DNA from: Pocillopora damicornis
Lineage: Eukaryota
DNA length: 64,000 nt
Assembly (NCBI RefSeq): GCF_003704095.1
Contig: NW_020843934.1
Span: 124,001-188,000, forward strand
Direction of reading: 5' to 3'
Shown here: positions 1 through 12,872 of the stretch, piece by piece
Position numbering within the stretch: the stretch's first letter is position 1
Layout: every line of letters starts with the position of its first letter
Position numbers and translations under genes: made by a program
Notes under the pieces: generated by a model
What the model saw: only the letters and a program-made list of their open reading frames with translations
Told to the model about the DNA's origin: nothing
Database searches by the model: none

Positions 1-3000
1 TTGTCCAAAATTCGATCCGTCGTATCTCCTACTCGTTAGGTAATAAAACCAGTGTTTGACAAAGCATCTTTTTCATCGACGCGATCCAGGAAAATTGGGT
101 TTAGCGCGTACAAGCACAACTAGAGGCATGCATTCAGATAATTGCGTATTTCAATTGAGTGTCGTGAACACAAAGAAAAAGAAAAAAAAAGTAGCTACAA
201 TGACCAATCAGATCAAAGGAAATTTTTATGGGAGCCAATGAGAAATCAAAGCTAAGTTTTCTGGACCAATCACAAAGCGAAGAAAGCAAAACCAATTGCA
301 ATCGCACACTGCCTTCGGCGCTCAATTGAAAATTGCATTTTATTCTTTGTTTACCGAATACATGTTAAGAATGAGTTCATTTACGAACGCTTACTGTACG
401 TCGTTTAAAAGACGAATAAACGCTTTTGGTCATGTAAATTAGTCAATAAAAAAGATGTAGTAAAGTCCAACTGTATTGCATAGTCTGAATATATAAAATA
501 AATTCGGCGAGTATAAAACACATCGAGGAACGATATGAGCGTAGGGATATCGATTTTTATCTAGAAATGAAGCGTTTGAAAGTGAATTTAAATTTCCTCG
601 AGAGAGGAATTTGGCGAGAAGACGAGGACAGGCAAGTTTATAGGTTATTTTCAAATGTCTGCGGAATTCAGAAAATCTTCAGTTGAAAGACAGAGGATGG
701 GAATAGTCGTGTTTTTAAAGTCAGATGTTGACAAACTTTGACTCCCACATGTCGGGAATTCTGGCCAGCAGACAAAAACGTGTACGTAAGAAGTTTGGAT
801 TTCTTCATAATCCTATCAACAACACCACACTAATAATAAAAAAAACATAAGCTTAAAGTATTTCAGTGCCTAAACCCAAAAACCTTCAAGCCCTAAAAAT
901 TTCTTGAAATAGCAATGCTAATGTTCACTGATGGTGTGCCCCATCTGTTGAGCCTTGGAAGAAATCGTACTCATTCCGATAGTTTAGCGTTTTTCCAAAC
1001 CTCTGATTCACACCAAATCAGCTTCTTGAGCTTTTCGACAAAGAGAAAAGCTGTGCCAAAGTCAGAGGGCTTAGTGTTTACCCAAAATTTATCCGCTGTT
1101 TAGCAAAACCGAGTCATAATTCAATTTAAACTTATATTTACTACCAATCGTTTGCGTTAACAAGACTAGTTTACAATTAAATTATGCGGCAGACACTCCA
1201 TTCTAGACTAAACACAGTTGGGTGACACTATTTGCATGCTTCTGATGACACCCAATACCAAACTATTTGTTGTGTCTTTTAGAGTTTCCTTTTATAAAAT
1301 AAAGTAAACAAATTAAGTAAGCCGGAGGGCAATTCAAGATCACTGTTGGCCCAAAAATCGTGTTACCTTTCCAATGGAATCTCAAAACTTGACACCAACT
1401 TTGAAGATACGATTAGAGACGGTCATTTGGAGCCATCTTCAACGATACAGATGGACAAAAAGTCGAAAATTGAGGAATTGGGAGATATAAAAACATTTTT
1501 AGTTTCTTGTGATGAAATATTTCATCTTACAAGCTTAGAAGTACTGACCCACACTTTCGGAGCTTAACATGGAACGACTAGGAGCGTTCAAGGAAGTGAT
1601 TTGTCTTACAAGGAGCGTGGGAAAAAGAAAAAAATTGAGTTCCCAGGAAAGATGGAACCCCAAACCTTTGGGGTTCCATGATGCTCATGTGGCATGGAGG
1701 ATGGAATCCGAGGGTCTGGGGTCCGATTTCTCGTGAGCACTCGGGATTTTTCCTTTGTCATACGCTCGTTACGAGACAAATAACATCTTTCTTCATTCCA
1801 CTACCGAGATCAAAATGTTCCATTGTTCTTAACCCATTAACCTTCAAGAGTGACAAGCATCGTATTTTTCCAAACAATATCTCCACACATTGAGATCACG
1901 AGAAAAATGGAAATTATGCAAACTAAATAAGCCCTTGTTTTTTTAAACAAATTCTCCTCGTCAGCACGTTAAGAAATGTATAGAGAACAGTATGGAGAAT
2001 ATACATACTGATGTTATTGCATTAGGGGTTAATCTATTGCCTAGAAGTATTGCGGCTATTTCTGAATGTGATGCTATTGTCTTCCTCATGAAACACCCTC
2101 GTGAAGTTTTCCAGACACTGAACTAGTTCTTAGTTGTATTCCTGGATGGAGAGGGACTCATGGAAAGCTACCGTAAATCCATGAATAAGCGCCCCTCCTG
2201 TAGCCCAAAAAAGTGCGTCCTCTCTTCGAATGAGCGCCACCCTCCTTTCCCTTTTTATAGACAAATGATCACGTTCGTCAGTCTAGTTGAGCGTGTAATT
2301 GCAATATTGGAAATGCAAATGTATACAATACTTCTTTCAGTTTGCAAACACGCCGGTTTTGGAAAATAGTAGAGTCCCAACTGTGCCGCCGTATAATTAA
2401 GTAAGTATAACCAGATAATTCAAGATGATGTAAATTGCCACCATAAAGAGTTTCTGGAGAGTTTCAAGATGTTTTNNNNNNNNNNNNNNNNNNNNNNNNN
2501 NNNNNNNNNNNNNNNNNNNNNCCCCCCCCCCTTCTGAACTCAAATTCGAAATAAGCACCCTTAGCGCTAATTCAAGGATTTACGGTAAGACTTGTCCAGT
2601 AAATAAAAGGTAAAGAGTGCTATTAAAAATACAAGAAAACTTTGAAATCATAGTTTAAATGATAGACATGCAGCATCAATCACCAAACATGGTCAATAGT
2701 CAAGACAATTAACGAGGGTTGCAAAAAGCGTCAATCTCAGAGATAAATTCAAGTTTCTTAAAAACTTTGAGATTGTAGTTCACCTTCACCAAAATAAGCA
2801 GAATTGGGTCACTCAAGGTTGTCCTCAAGGTTGCTTAACAACTTACTTGCAGAGCTGACACTGTGTAAATGTTTGCATGGCGGCCGCCTAACTGTGTGTC
2901 AACACCTACCGGGACAGGAAATACGTGAAAAAAAAACACGTCTTTTCAGTCACCCAGTATCTTTACGGAATTCGAACGTGCAACTTCACCGATTTTTTTA

Positions 3001-3161
3001 GAACATGAGCAGCACTAATCATCCAGTTTGACAGTTTAAGTAATTTGATCGCATTACGTCACATGCAGACGTGATTTCACGATGTTCCTACGACTATATG
3101 AAGCAGTACCTCTCAGCTCCTCGAAGCAATTCTAAGGTCCAGTTTTCCACACCAGATCAGT

Positions 3162-5873
3162 ATGCACTCGACTATTCATCGCGTCATTTTATTCTTGTGC
3201 GCCGCTTTACTTTGTACAGCAGGCCCCATTGAAAAAGAAGACACTGCAGTCTTTCTGAGACATCCACAAGAACAGTTTTGCTCAGCTGATTTTGGTAAGT
3301 CAAGATGTTTCATAGAAAAAAAAGTTGTCGAATACATGTAAAAAAATAGTTCGTGGCTTGTAGACGAGGCCTTTTGTTTGGGCCGAGGAACTCATCAAAT
3401 ACCTTTCAGAATTTTCAAGTGAATCCGTTGGGCACCGTGCTCAAAGTCTCGAAATGGTAATAGTATGGCTATCTACCACAGACGAACTCCAAACCGCACG
3501 TTCCCGAGTTAAATTTATATACACACAGAGAAAAAGAATTGTTGAAATAAACAAGTATCTGTAAATGATTTGATAGCGAAACAACGCACAAAGGGTTCTC
3601 CGTCTTAACGAAGTAACGTTGCGATCTTTCAAGGCCAACTTTATTTTTACAACAGGGAAATTTGCCTATAAACAAAATGAAGCTTTGATATAACACTGTT
3701 TTAGGCTATAAAAATACAAAACAGATAAGACCAAATCTGTTAAGGATGGCAAAGATTACAAGGATTGTAAATGATGACTTTGAAAAGATGCACAATTCTT
3801 TTAAATTTCTTTCTTGATGAATCCTAGTTTGCCCGAGCAATGGGAGTTCGTCAGAAGGGTCAATTTAGTTCACACAATAATTGAGCATGATCTCTCATGT
3901 AATCTAAAGCGGATACACGACGAATACGTGATTTTTGAAAAAAGTGTTAAGCGGAGCGTATATTTTCTCGGAAGTATCGCCCTTAAACGTTGCGTATTTT
4001 GTTAAGAAACAATATTTAAGATATGCATTTGGAAATTATTATTTACAATTGATGGAAGTAAAATTATTTGTACTCGTTGGAGGCCGGAAACAGTTTTTTA
4101 CGACTTTAATTTCTGTAATCTTTCGTGACTTGTGCATGGGGGGAAGGAACTTCACAGTACAATAGAAGGTTCGCCCAAAATGACGTCAAAACTAAACCCA
4201 GAACAAAAGCTATGAGCCAGACGTTGAGCGCAAATGTGGAGTAAGCATACATTTAGCAGCATATCTTAATCACAACTGTACAATTAGCATTTTTCTTTTA
4301 ACCCTTTAACTCCTAAGAGTGACTAACATCTAATTTCTCCTTTCAATATTTTGCTCTTGTATCAAACCGTTGAGAAACGTTGATCATTTAACGCTTGATG
4401 TCCCTTTCAGCAGGACTGACGTCTTTAAGAATTCTTTTTTTTGTTCGAATCTGTCGCCTGTGGAATAAACTACCCCTTAGTTTAAGGGAGTCAAATACCT
4501 TGTCGATCGTTCGTAAGAATTTGATGGCCTTTTATCATGATAAATTAAACGTAGATTTTTTTAGATTTTACACTGTACTTTACTAAATCATTAGTCCACT
4601 TATAATAATTTTATTGATTAGCCTTCATGTCGCATGTCTTTTATAACTGACTTGTTACACTAACGACTTTTTAGATAATTTTATTACTTAATTAATTCTG
4701 TAGATGTAATAATAAGTGGCCTATTTTTAAGGAGTCTTGTATTCTGTTTTAAGCCTACCTCAGATTTGTCATTTTACTTGTAAATCAGAAACTTGATTAA
4801 ATATCACCCCTGAATCACACAGTAAGGAAACAAAAACACAGGAAATGATCACCAACTAAACAGGCTCTTGAGTGTTACACAAATTTTCTCTGTCAGCACC
4901 TTAGGAAATGTATAGAGAACAGTACTGAGGATATGCATGCTATTGTTAGGATGTAAAGGATGTTCGGAAACTTCACGGTTTATCAGTAAAGTTGCGCATA
5001 GATTTTAAGATTCTTCTTATCACATCTAAAATACTTCAAAGCTTAGTTCCAAACTATCGTGAGAATTTAATTTCTATCTTGCCTGTTTCACATTATCAAT
5101 TTCGTCGCAATAATAATGGCACATTGCTTGAATCTCCACGATTCATAACGGAAAAGACTATGGGGGACCGATCATTTACAGTATTGGGAAGTTCTCTCGG
5201 GTAATCCCCAAGGAAGTTTCCGTTGGGTGCGATCAGAGAGTTCTGCAGTAGACAAACGAAGGAAAACGCACAAAGTTTCTATGAGAACAATATGAAGTGT
5301 CAATGAGAACTGAAAGACATTCTTTGCTTTGCAGCGGTCCGAGCCGAGGTCTTGCCGAAGAACCAGTCAAGAGAAGAGAACCACAAACAAAGTATATTCG
5401 AACACGATCTTAAAATTTATCAAATTTACAAAGGACAGGAGAAATTCCCGGACATCACCATCAACATCACTGCAGATAATGGTTCTTTCGTAAAAGCCTA
5501 CAGTGTTCACGTTGGGTTTCGAAGCAGCACTGAGTATTTCCTCGCTGGAAGTATCAAGAAAGGGGAAATTCTGCTGAATCAGCGTAGCTGGATTCAACCG
5601 TGGAAAGAAGTTACTAGCGAACAGCGTGAGGGAATTGAGAGATTTTACGGTCGAAACTGCGAATGCCATATTACACCGGCTTGCTTTGGAGCAATTGACT
5701 GCGTTCAGCCCTTGAAAGGATGCCAGGTCTCCCACGATTATCACACAATGCAACAATTCTACCAGGGCTGCGAATGGCGTTACTCTTACTGTATGAAAAA
5801 CAGGGAGGCAACCGCATGCTCATGGCAAGAAACCGCTGAGTATAGAAACTGCAGAGACAAAGTTTTACCTTGA
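3162..5873 (+). CDS. TIMP: TIMP-like secreted protein A (NTR/TIMP fold), 2 exons, lacks the N-terminal C-X-C; about 223 aa
   Basis: Exon 1 at 3162-3294 reads MHSTIHRVILFLCAALLCTAGPIEKEDTAVFLRHPQEQFCSADF, then G|gtaagt. Exon 2 at 5335-5873 follows a gcag acceptor and reads AVRAEV...IYKG...WIQPW...FYGRNCEC...SYC...ACSW...C. The phase-1 join is in frame. HPQxxFC, VRA, YKG and the C-terminal Cys pattern are TIMP hallmarks. Confidence 0.9.
4350..4799 (+). mobile_element. LINE (CR1/L2-like) 3' fragment inserted into a TTAA MITE, with an AATAT target-site duplication
   Basis: Encodes FFVRICRLWNKLPLSLRESNTL, typical of the LINE ORF2 C-terminus. The MITE halves at 4298-4349 and 4800-4958 rejoin seamlessly, with aatat on both sides. 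Confidence 0.65.
4960..5200 (+). mobile_element. LINE (CR1/L2-like) ORF2 C-terminal remnant
   Basis: RIDFKILLIT.K...L.P.Y...L...P......GDRSF motif. Confidence 0.7.
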
Positions 5874-7224
5874 AACTGACAGCAAATTAAAGATTAAAAA
5901 AAGGTAATTGAGGAACCATCAAAGGTTTCTCGTTGAAAAAGTATAAATATTATCTAACATATGGCCGTCTTGAATCAATATGACTTTTTTTCCACCTACA
6001 AAGAATGTTAATCATATGCAGCTTTGCTGATGTTAGCTGTGAGCAAATAATAAATGAAAATGCTGATATTAATAGTAAACACACCAGTAGCTTTCTCGCT
6101 CAACACACGAAATGCCTGACAACTGAATAAATTCAAAATTCTACGCAGAAAGTGCGGATTTCATTTAAAAAAAAAAAGCGGGGACAGGAGTTGATTTTTC
6201 TCTACCGTGTGTGGTAACCTGGTAAACTCTTCCAGAATTCTCCCCAGATGCCTAAAAACATTTTGACCTTGGTTTATTTACGATTACGCTCGTATTACTC
6301 AAAGGCCGCCCCGAGAATTTTCCAGCATTTCCATCAACATTATGATCAAGTTTTCTAGAAACCCAAAACAGTTTCGAACAGTTATGCACCCGGTTTTGTT
6401 TTCATTGCAGTCTGGAGTAAATTACGCTGTTTGTTTAGAGTTATATCCGTCTAGACTTTTAATAGTTCATGGTTCAATATTGCGGTCTCACATTTGGAAG
6501 ATAAGATTTTAATGAGTTCTTCCTACATCATGATGCACGGTCGATGGTCTGGCAAAAGGCATGAAAATTTTCATTTTAATCGATCATAAATTCGTTCCGT
6601 TATTAAAAATCGGAATTTGAGACCGTTCATTGGTAGTGTCGACAAGAATTGATCCTCGTTATCGGATTTCTCACGCAATATGGCAGATATTCTAATTTTA
6701 AGCTATAAATCCCTTTATTGAAGGATCAGTTTTCAAAAGAATATATATCAAGGATTGAAAAGCCGGAAAATCGTCTTAAAACCATCTATTTTGAAATAGT
6801 ATTGGAATTGCTATTTTTATTGCTACTTTACCGAGATCTGGTCAAGAGTTTGTTGACATTTGGGTGACTGTCGTCAGCAAAGAAGCATTGAAATCAGCAC
6901 AATTGAATTCACATGTTGTACTAAGGCTATTTTCTCCTTTAATGGTATTGACAAAAATTCGCACTCATTTTATTCTTTCCTACATTAAAATTGAAATAAA
7001 TGGACTAATGGGCGTTTTTCTCCCAGTCATCGACGCGGCACACGGCTTTGCGGCGTGGCGCCAAGTACAACATGCTCCAATTTCAGCCAAAAAAATTATG
7101 GCTTCATGCTGGTTCAACTTGCTATATAAGTGGCAAGACAATTTTCAGACGCAGTAATTGGTCATTCAGGCCTCGGAGTGTCAGCAGGAGTTTGCGTTCC
7201 TCGATTGAGAAATTAGAAAGAGAC

Positions 7225-7339
7225 ATGTCTCATCTCTTTTATATCGTTTTGCTACTTGGTGCAGTGAACACAGTTGATGCGTTACCATGTTCTTGCCCCG
7301 AGAGACATCCACAAGAGGTTTTTTGTAGTGCACATTTTG
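7225..7339 (+). CDS. TIMP: TIMP B exon 1 (signal peptide + LPCSCPERHPQEVFCSAHF); probable partner is the exon 2 assembled at 18027-18565 on the minus strand
   Basis: ATG at 7225 opens MSHLFYIVLLLGAVNTVDALPCSCPERHPQEVFCSAHF, followed by G|gtaagt (phase 1). A TATATAA box lies at about 7123. The downstream intron sequence links, through its duplicated copies (10513-11950 and 9992-10390, matching 18837-19045), to the 18565 acceptor. Confidence 0.85.
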
Positions 7340-7790
7340 GTAAGTAAAGCCCTTATTCTTGAAATGTTTTGAGAACTCGGACATTTTACGAGAGTGATGA
7401 TTGTTCCTCCTAACTAGTTGAGACTAATAGGATTTAAGGTTTTGATCATCTTGATTGTTCTATGGTTTTCTGGACTCTTCGTGGTCTCTACCTTGGTTTT
7501 CATTCGGTTTTATTGACTTGCTTTTCTTCCTCCTGGGTTAACTGTTTCTCCTCTTTTTGAATTTATCTTGGTAACGGTTTTCAGTTTTGTCCAGTTGTTT
7601 TTAGTCTTCGTCGAGTCTTTCTATTCAGATGAAAATTTCTATGAGAAACTCTTATGTCCCACGTATAAACTTGATTATCTTGAAAAGTCAATGGTCGAGT
7701 TTTGTTAAAACTGCAGTGCTGCGGAGCCCTTTTTTTGCGCCGATTCCCAAGCCTTTCTTCCTCACGGGAGTCCAGACAGCTAAAGTCAAC

Positions 7791-10700
7791 CTATTTTCGG
7801 GGGCGACTTCTTCGAGCGGTTGACTCATCAAATTCAAAGTAACGAAAAAAAAGGTACTATTATTGGAAATCTTGAGAATCTTTTGGTAAACCTGTCTCGA
7901 CTTTAAAAAACGTTTTGTTTTGTTTTTTTATTTTTTTTGCATAGAGAACTGGTAAGACCGTTAGTTCGAAACAAAAATCCTTGGAAAAACGATTTCAAAC
8001 TTCTTTTATGTACCGCGACCACAAAACTTAAAAAGCCAAGAGCAGTCCTGTAGTTACCCAACTGATTCTTAAAAACCAGGAGCCTTAACATACGAACTGC
8101 TTTAGTTTCGAAGTACAACAAAAAAAAACCCCGACAAGGGTTTACGTCATGTCTGGGTTTAAGGGTAAAAACGACATTTTCAAAGACTTATTTCGCAGGC
8201 CATATCTGTTTTATTTTGTAACTAGTGTATACGACCATCTGTACTTCTTGCAGCTACATGCACACTTGAAAGAATCCAATAACTTCAGTTTTTAAAAGAA
8301 ATGATGAAACCTCTAAAGTTATTTTTCAGTTTACGTTATGAAGGTAATAACCTGGGGTGTGTTAGAGCAAATTTTAATCAGTAAGTCTTTACAAGTCGAA
8401 AGCACTCGTCATCGATGAAGCTCTTACTTGGCAGAATGACTGCCTTATTTGAACTTTTTCCAAGACTTTTCTTGAGCTTATTAAAGCACGCCCTTTAAAT
8501 CAATGATATTGTATCCAACAGCGAAATCGGAACTTTTTCTAGGATTTCAATCTTCAAAAGGGACTAATATTTTTTGTTAACCCCAAGCTCGCCACAAAAC
8601 AAGCCTTCTGCATGTTTTCGACGGAATACCCAATTTCACCTCAAGCTGCATTCGCTTTCAACGTGCAAACTGGTGAATTTTAACAGGAAGGTATTACCAA
8701 AACACTAAAAATCAAATGAATAATCACATTGAAACAACAAAAAAACTGTCAAAGATTCGTAAAAACTCTATTACAAACGGGGAATGAGGGCGAATTTTAA
8801 ATAAATGAGGTCATTGGCCACAACAGCCACCTTCTTTAAGCTTCAGGTTTGGAAACCAAATCAAATCCTTTCCTGTTCACACTTACTTGAGAAAATATTT
8901 GCAGGGCTTTTCCAAACAAAGTTAATTTATCGTTTACTATCACATTATTTTTGGCCGGAAAGAGCATTTGTTTAATTAGTGAGGTTAGGTCACATGTTAT
9001 CCTTAGCAATTCTCTTAATTTCCTCCGTATTAATGTACTCTTAAAAATTCCTGAAGGCATAAATCAACAGAAATTCCACCCAGACAACAAAAGTTGATTT
9101 AAGAGCATTGGAGCAAAGTTTTTAATATTGGAATGTCGAAAGTATTCCGGATTAAATCGGAAAAAATAAATGTCTATGCTCCGTTATTCGAAAAGGAAAC
9201 TCGNNNNNNNNNNNNNNNNNNNNNNNNNNNNNNNNNNNNNNNNNNNNNNNNNNNNNNNNNNNNNNNNNNNNNNNNNNNNNNNNNNNNNNNNNNNNNNNNN
9301 NNNAAGAGCATGCGGTTTTCTCAGCATTTTGAATGCAGTAGGAATGACCCCATTCGCAGCTGTTGTGATCGATTCCAGAAGGCTTACCACACCCCTTTAG
9401 CTTCGGCTTCTTGTCACAAAACACAGTGTAACACGGCGAGATCTGACAGGCGCAGTTTCCTCGGTAAAACCGCCNNNNNNNNNNNNNNNNNNNNNNNNNN
9501 NNNNNNNNNNNNNNNNNNNNNNNNNNNNNNNNNNNNNNNNNNNNNNNNNNNNNNNNNNNNNNNNNNNNNNNNNNNNNNNNNNNNNNNNNNNNNNNNNNNN
9601 NNNNNNNNNNNNNNNNNNNNNNNNNNNNNNNNNNNNNNNNNNNNNNNNNNNNNNNNNNNNNNNNNNNNNNNNNNNNNNNNNNNNNNNNNNNNNNNNNNNN
9701 NNNNNNNNNNNNNNNNNNNNNNNNNNNNNNNNNNNNNNNNNNNNNNNNNNNNNNNNNNNNNNNNNNNNNNNNNNNNNNNNNNNNNNNNNNNNNNNNNNNN
9801 NNNNNNNNNNNNNNNNNNNNNNNNNNNNNNNNNNNNNNNNNNNNNNNNNNNNNNNNNNNNNNNNNNNNNNNNNNNNNNNNNNNNNNNNNNNNNNNNNNNN
9901 NNNNNNNNNNNNNNNNNNNNNNNNNNNNNNNNNNNNNNNNNNNNNNNNNNNNNNNNNNNNNNNNNNNNNNNNNNNNNNNNNNNNNNNNNNNCCTTCGCGG
10001 CCACCCTTTGGATTGTCACGCAAGGTTTCCTACATAAGAAGCGTTACTTCCCAAGAAAGCGTTGAGCAACATCGCCAGGGATGACTGAGATTTATTGAGT
10101 TCCAGGTTTAAAATAAGACGTATTCAAGCACTTGTTGAGCAACATTGTACATTAACTGGAACAAAAGAAACTGTTTACCTATGAAAAGGGTTCAAATCCC
10201 ACAGACACCGACTTGGCCACCGTGATGAGCGGAAGGGCGGGTGGGCATTAGTCAAACGGCGCGCGCGGTTGTCCAATAAACGCTGACCCCACCATTTTAT
10301 TTTCGCACACTCGCTTTTCCGACTAAGAGTCTTACGCAGTGTACTTCAAACGAAAGAAAGTAACCACAGCTGCCAATCAGAACAAGGTAAAAATGTTACG
10401 AAGAGCCAATCAGAACTCACAGTTAAAACAAGCAAACTGCAGCAGCCCAAAGCGCGGGAAAACGTGAATGACCAATCGCAGTGTTGTAGTGTCGCGTTTG
10501 ATGGGGAGGCACCGAGTTTCCTTTTCGAATAACGCCGGGAGCATAGACACATATTTTTTCCGATTTATTCCGGAATACTTTCGACATTCCATTTTTAAAA
10601 ACTTTGCTCCAATGCTTAAATCAACTTTTGTTGTCTGGGTGAAATTTCTGTTGATTGATACCTTCAGGAATTTTTAAGATTACATTAATACGGAGGAAAT

Positions 10701-11950
10701 TAAGAGAATTGCTAAGGATAACATGTGACCTAACCTCACTAATTAAACAAATGCTCTTTCCGGCCAAAAATTGAATTGGAGTCCCATCGTGATAATAAGC
10801 GATAAATTAACTTTGTTTGGAAAAGCCCTGCAAATATTTTTTTAAGTAAGTGTGAACAGGAAAGGATTTGATTTGGTTTCCAAACCTGAAGCTTAAAGAA
10901 AGTGGCTTTTGTGGCCAATGACCTCATTTATTAAAAATTCGCCCTGAGTCCTCGTTTGTACGAACGTTTTTAAGAATCTTTGACAGTTTCTTGTTGTTTC
11001 AATGTGGTAAATTCATTTGATTTTTTGTGTTTTGGGGATGGATACCTTCCTGTTAAAATTCACCAGTTTGCACGTTGAAAGCGACTGCAGCTTGGGGTGA
11101 AATTGGGTATACCGTCGAAAATATGCAGAAGGCTTGTTTTGTCGCGAGCTTGGGGTTAACAGAAATATTAGTCCCCTTTTGAAGATTGAAATCCTTAAAA
11201 AAAGTTCCGATTTCGCTGTTGGATACAATATCATTGATTTAAAGGGCGTTCTTTAATAAGCTCAAGAGAGGTCTTGGAATAAGTTCAAATAAGGCAGTCA
11301 TTCTGCCAAGTAAGAGCTTCATCGATGACGAGTGCTTTCGACTTGTAAAGACTTATTGATTAAAATTTGCTCTAACACACTCCAGGTTATTATCTTCATA
11401 ACTGAACGTAAAATGAAAAATAACTTTAGAGGTTTCATCATTTCTTTTAAAAACTGAAGTTATTGGATTGTTTCAAGTGTGCATGTAGCTGCAAGAAGTA
11501 CAGATGGTCATATACACTAGTTACAAAATAAAACAGATATGGCGTGCGAAATAAGTCTTTGAAAATGTCGTTTTTACCCTTAAACACAGACATGACGTAA
11601 ACCCTTGTCGTGTTTTTTTTTGTTGTACTTCGAAACTAAAGCAGTTCGTATGTTGAGGCACCTGGTTTTTAAGAATCAGTTGGGTAATTACAGGATTGCT
11701 CTTGGGTTTTTAAGTTTTGTGGTCGCGGTACATAAAAGAAGTTTGATATCGTTTTACCAAGGATTTTTGTTTCGAACTAGCAGTCTTACCAGTTCTCTGT
11801 GCAAAAAACAAAACAAAACAAAACAAAACGTTTTTTAAAGTCGAGACAGGTTTACCAAAAGATTCTCAAGATTTCCAATAATAGTATATTTTTTTTTTCG
11901 TTACTTTGAATTTGATGAGTCAATCGTTCGAAGAAGTCGCCCCGAAAATA
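7791..11950. repeat. About 1.4-kb near-identical inverted segment pair (7791-9203 vs 10513-11950)
   Basis: For example gggcgacttcttcgagcggttgactcatc (7801) is the reverse complement of the sequence ending at about 11943. The match is continuous with scattered SNPs and indels. Confidence 0.9.
9304..9474 (-). other. Small contig between two gaps, duplicating part of the TIMP exon 2 at 18077-18247
   Basis: The sequence appears identical to 18077-18247 and is flanked by N runs on both sides. Confidence 0.8.
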
Positions 11951-12826
11951 ACTCATCTTTAAATAGAGATGGATAATGTATGGATATTATCAGGAGATAA
12001 TTTTACAATATTTTAAAAGACTTAGGACTAATTCAATTATTTAAAATCAGAAAAACCTTTGAGCATGAATTTGCGATGTATCATTCACGCGTCGAACTAA
12101 CTTCTACATTGCACATATAAAATGGCAACTGTCATCGAGTATTGATGAAACATGTTAAAAATAAACCTAAATTGGTCTCATAGTTAACAAATACTACGTT
12201 CGTTAATTCTAGTTGGTTGTTCTTCTGAGAAAATTCGCTTTTTTGTCATGAAAACTGGAAGGGAAACATGATTGTTAATTTTGTCTTTCCCTATTGTCGT
12301 CGAAACTGCTTGTAAACAAGTATTCATTGTGTTTTTAAATCTTTGACTTTGAAAGCATATCTTCTCTCATTTTTATGGGTGATCAGTGCTCAAATTTTTC
12401 TCTAAAATTATATATATATGTCTATTGTTAGAAAATAAAAAAATTATCAACACCTAGTTTTTAGGAACAATTAAAAGAGAAAAATACTGTTTTATGTTAG
12501 AAATACAGCCTGCGGATCAAACGATCTAATTACAAAGGTAGTAATCTTCGCGGAAGACTCGAAATCATTAACCCTTTAACTCCCAGAAGTGATAAACAAG
12601 ATATTTCTCTTGATAATATCCACACATTATCCAGCAAACAAGTGATGAGAACACTAAGACTTATTAGGTTGAAGTTGTTAAGATGATCTAGCACCAAAAT
12701 CTCATAACTAATTTCCAAGCAGCTGGAAGGGAGAAGTAACAATCAGATCTTGGGAGATAAAGGTCAGGGCAAATTTTTATGTTCTATGTTTCGTTGCACG
12801 TGCTCTCTATTTAAAGATGAGCTATT
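11947..12826. mobile_element. Putative non-autonomous DNA transposon (about 880 bp) with 23-bp terminal inverted repeats
   Basis: aataactcatctttaaatagaga (11947-11969) matches tctctatttaaagatgagctatt (12804-12826) as reverse complement at 22/23 positions. A TTAA-type MITE sits inside at about 12568-12762. Confidence 0.6.
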
Positions 12827-12872
12827 AGTCTCGAGGTCGTTATCTTTTTTCGCACAATTTTGAGTAGTCTAA

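Noticed and set aside
9133-10065. Long ORFs of 200-310 aa
   Set aside because: They consist mostly of assembly-gap Ns.
7791-11950. Programmed invertible switch (shufflon-like) between the 1.4-kb inverted repeats
   Set aside because: No recombinase or short recombination sites are visible and the orientation changes coincide with assembly gaps. Kept only as a structural-variant question.
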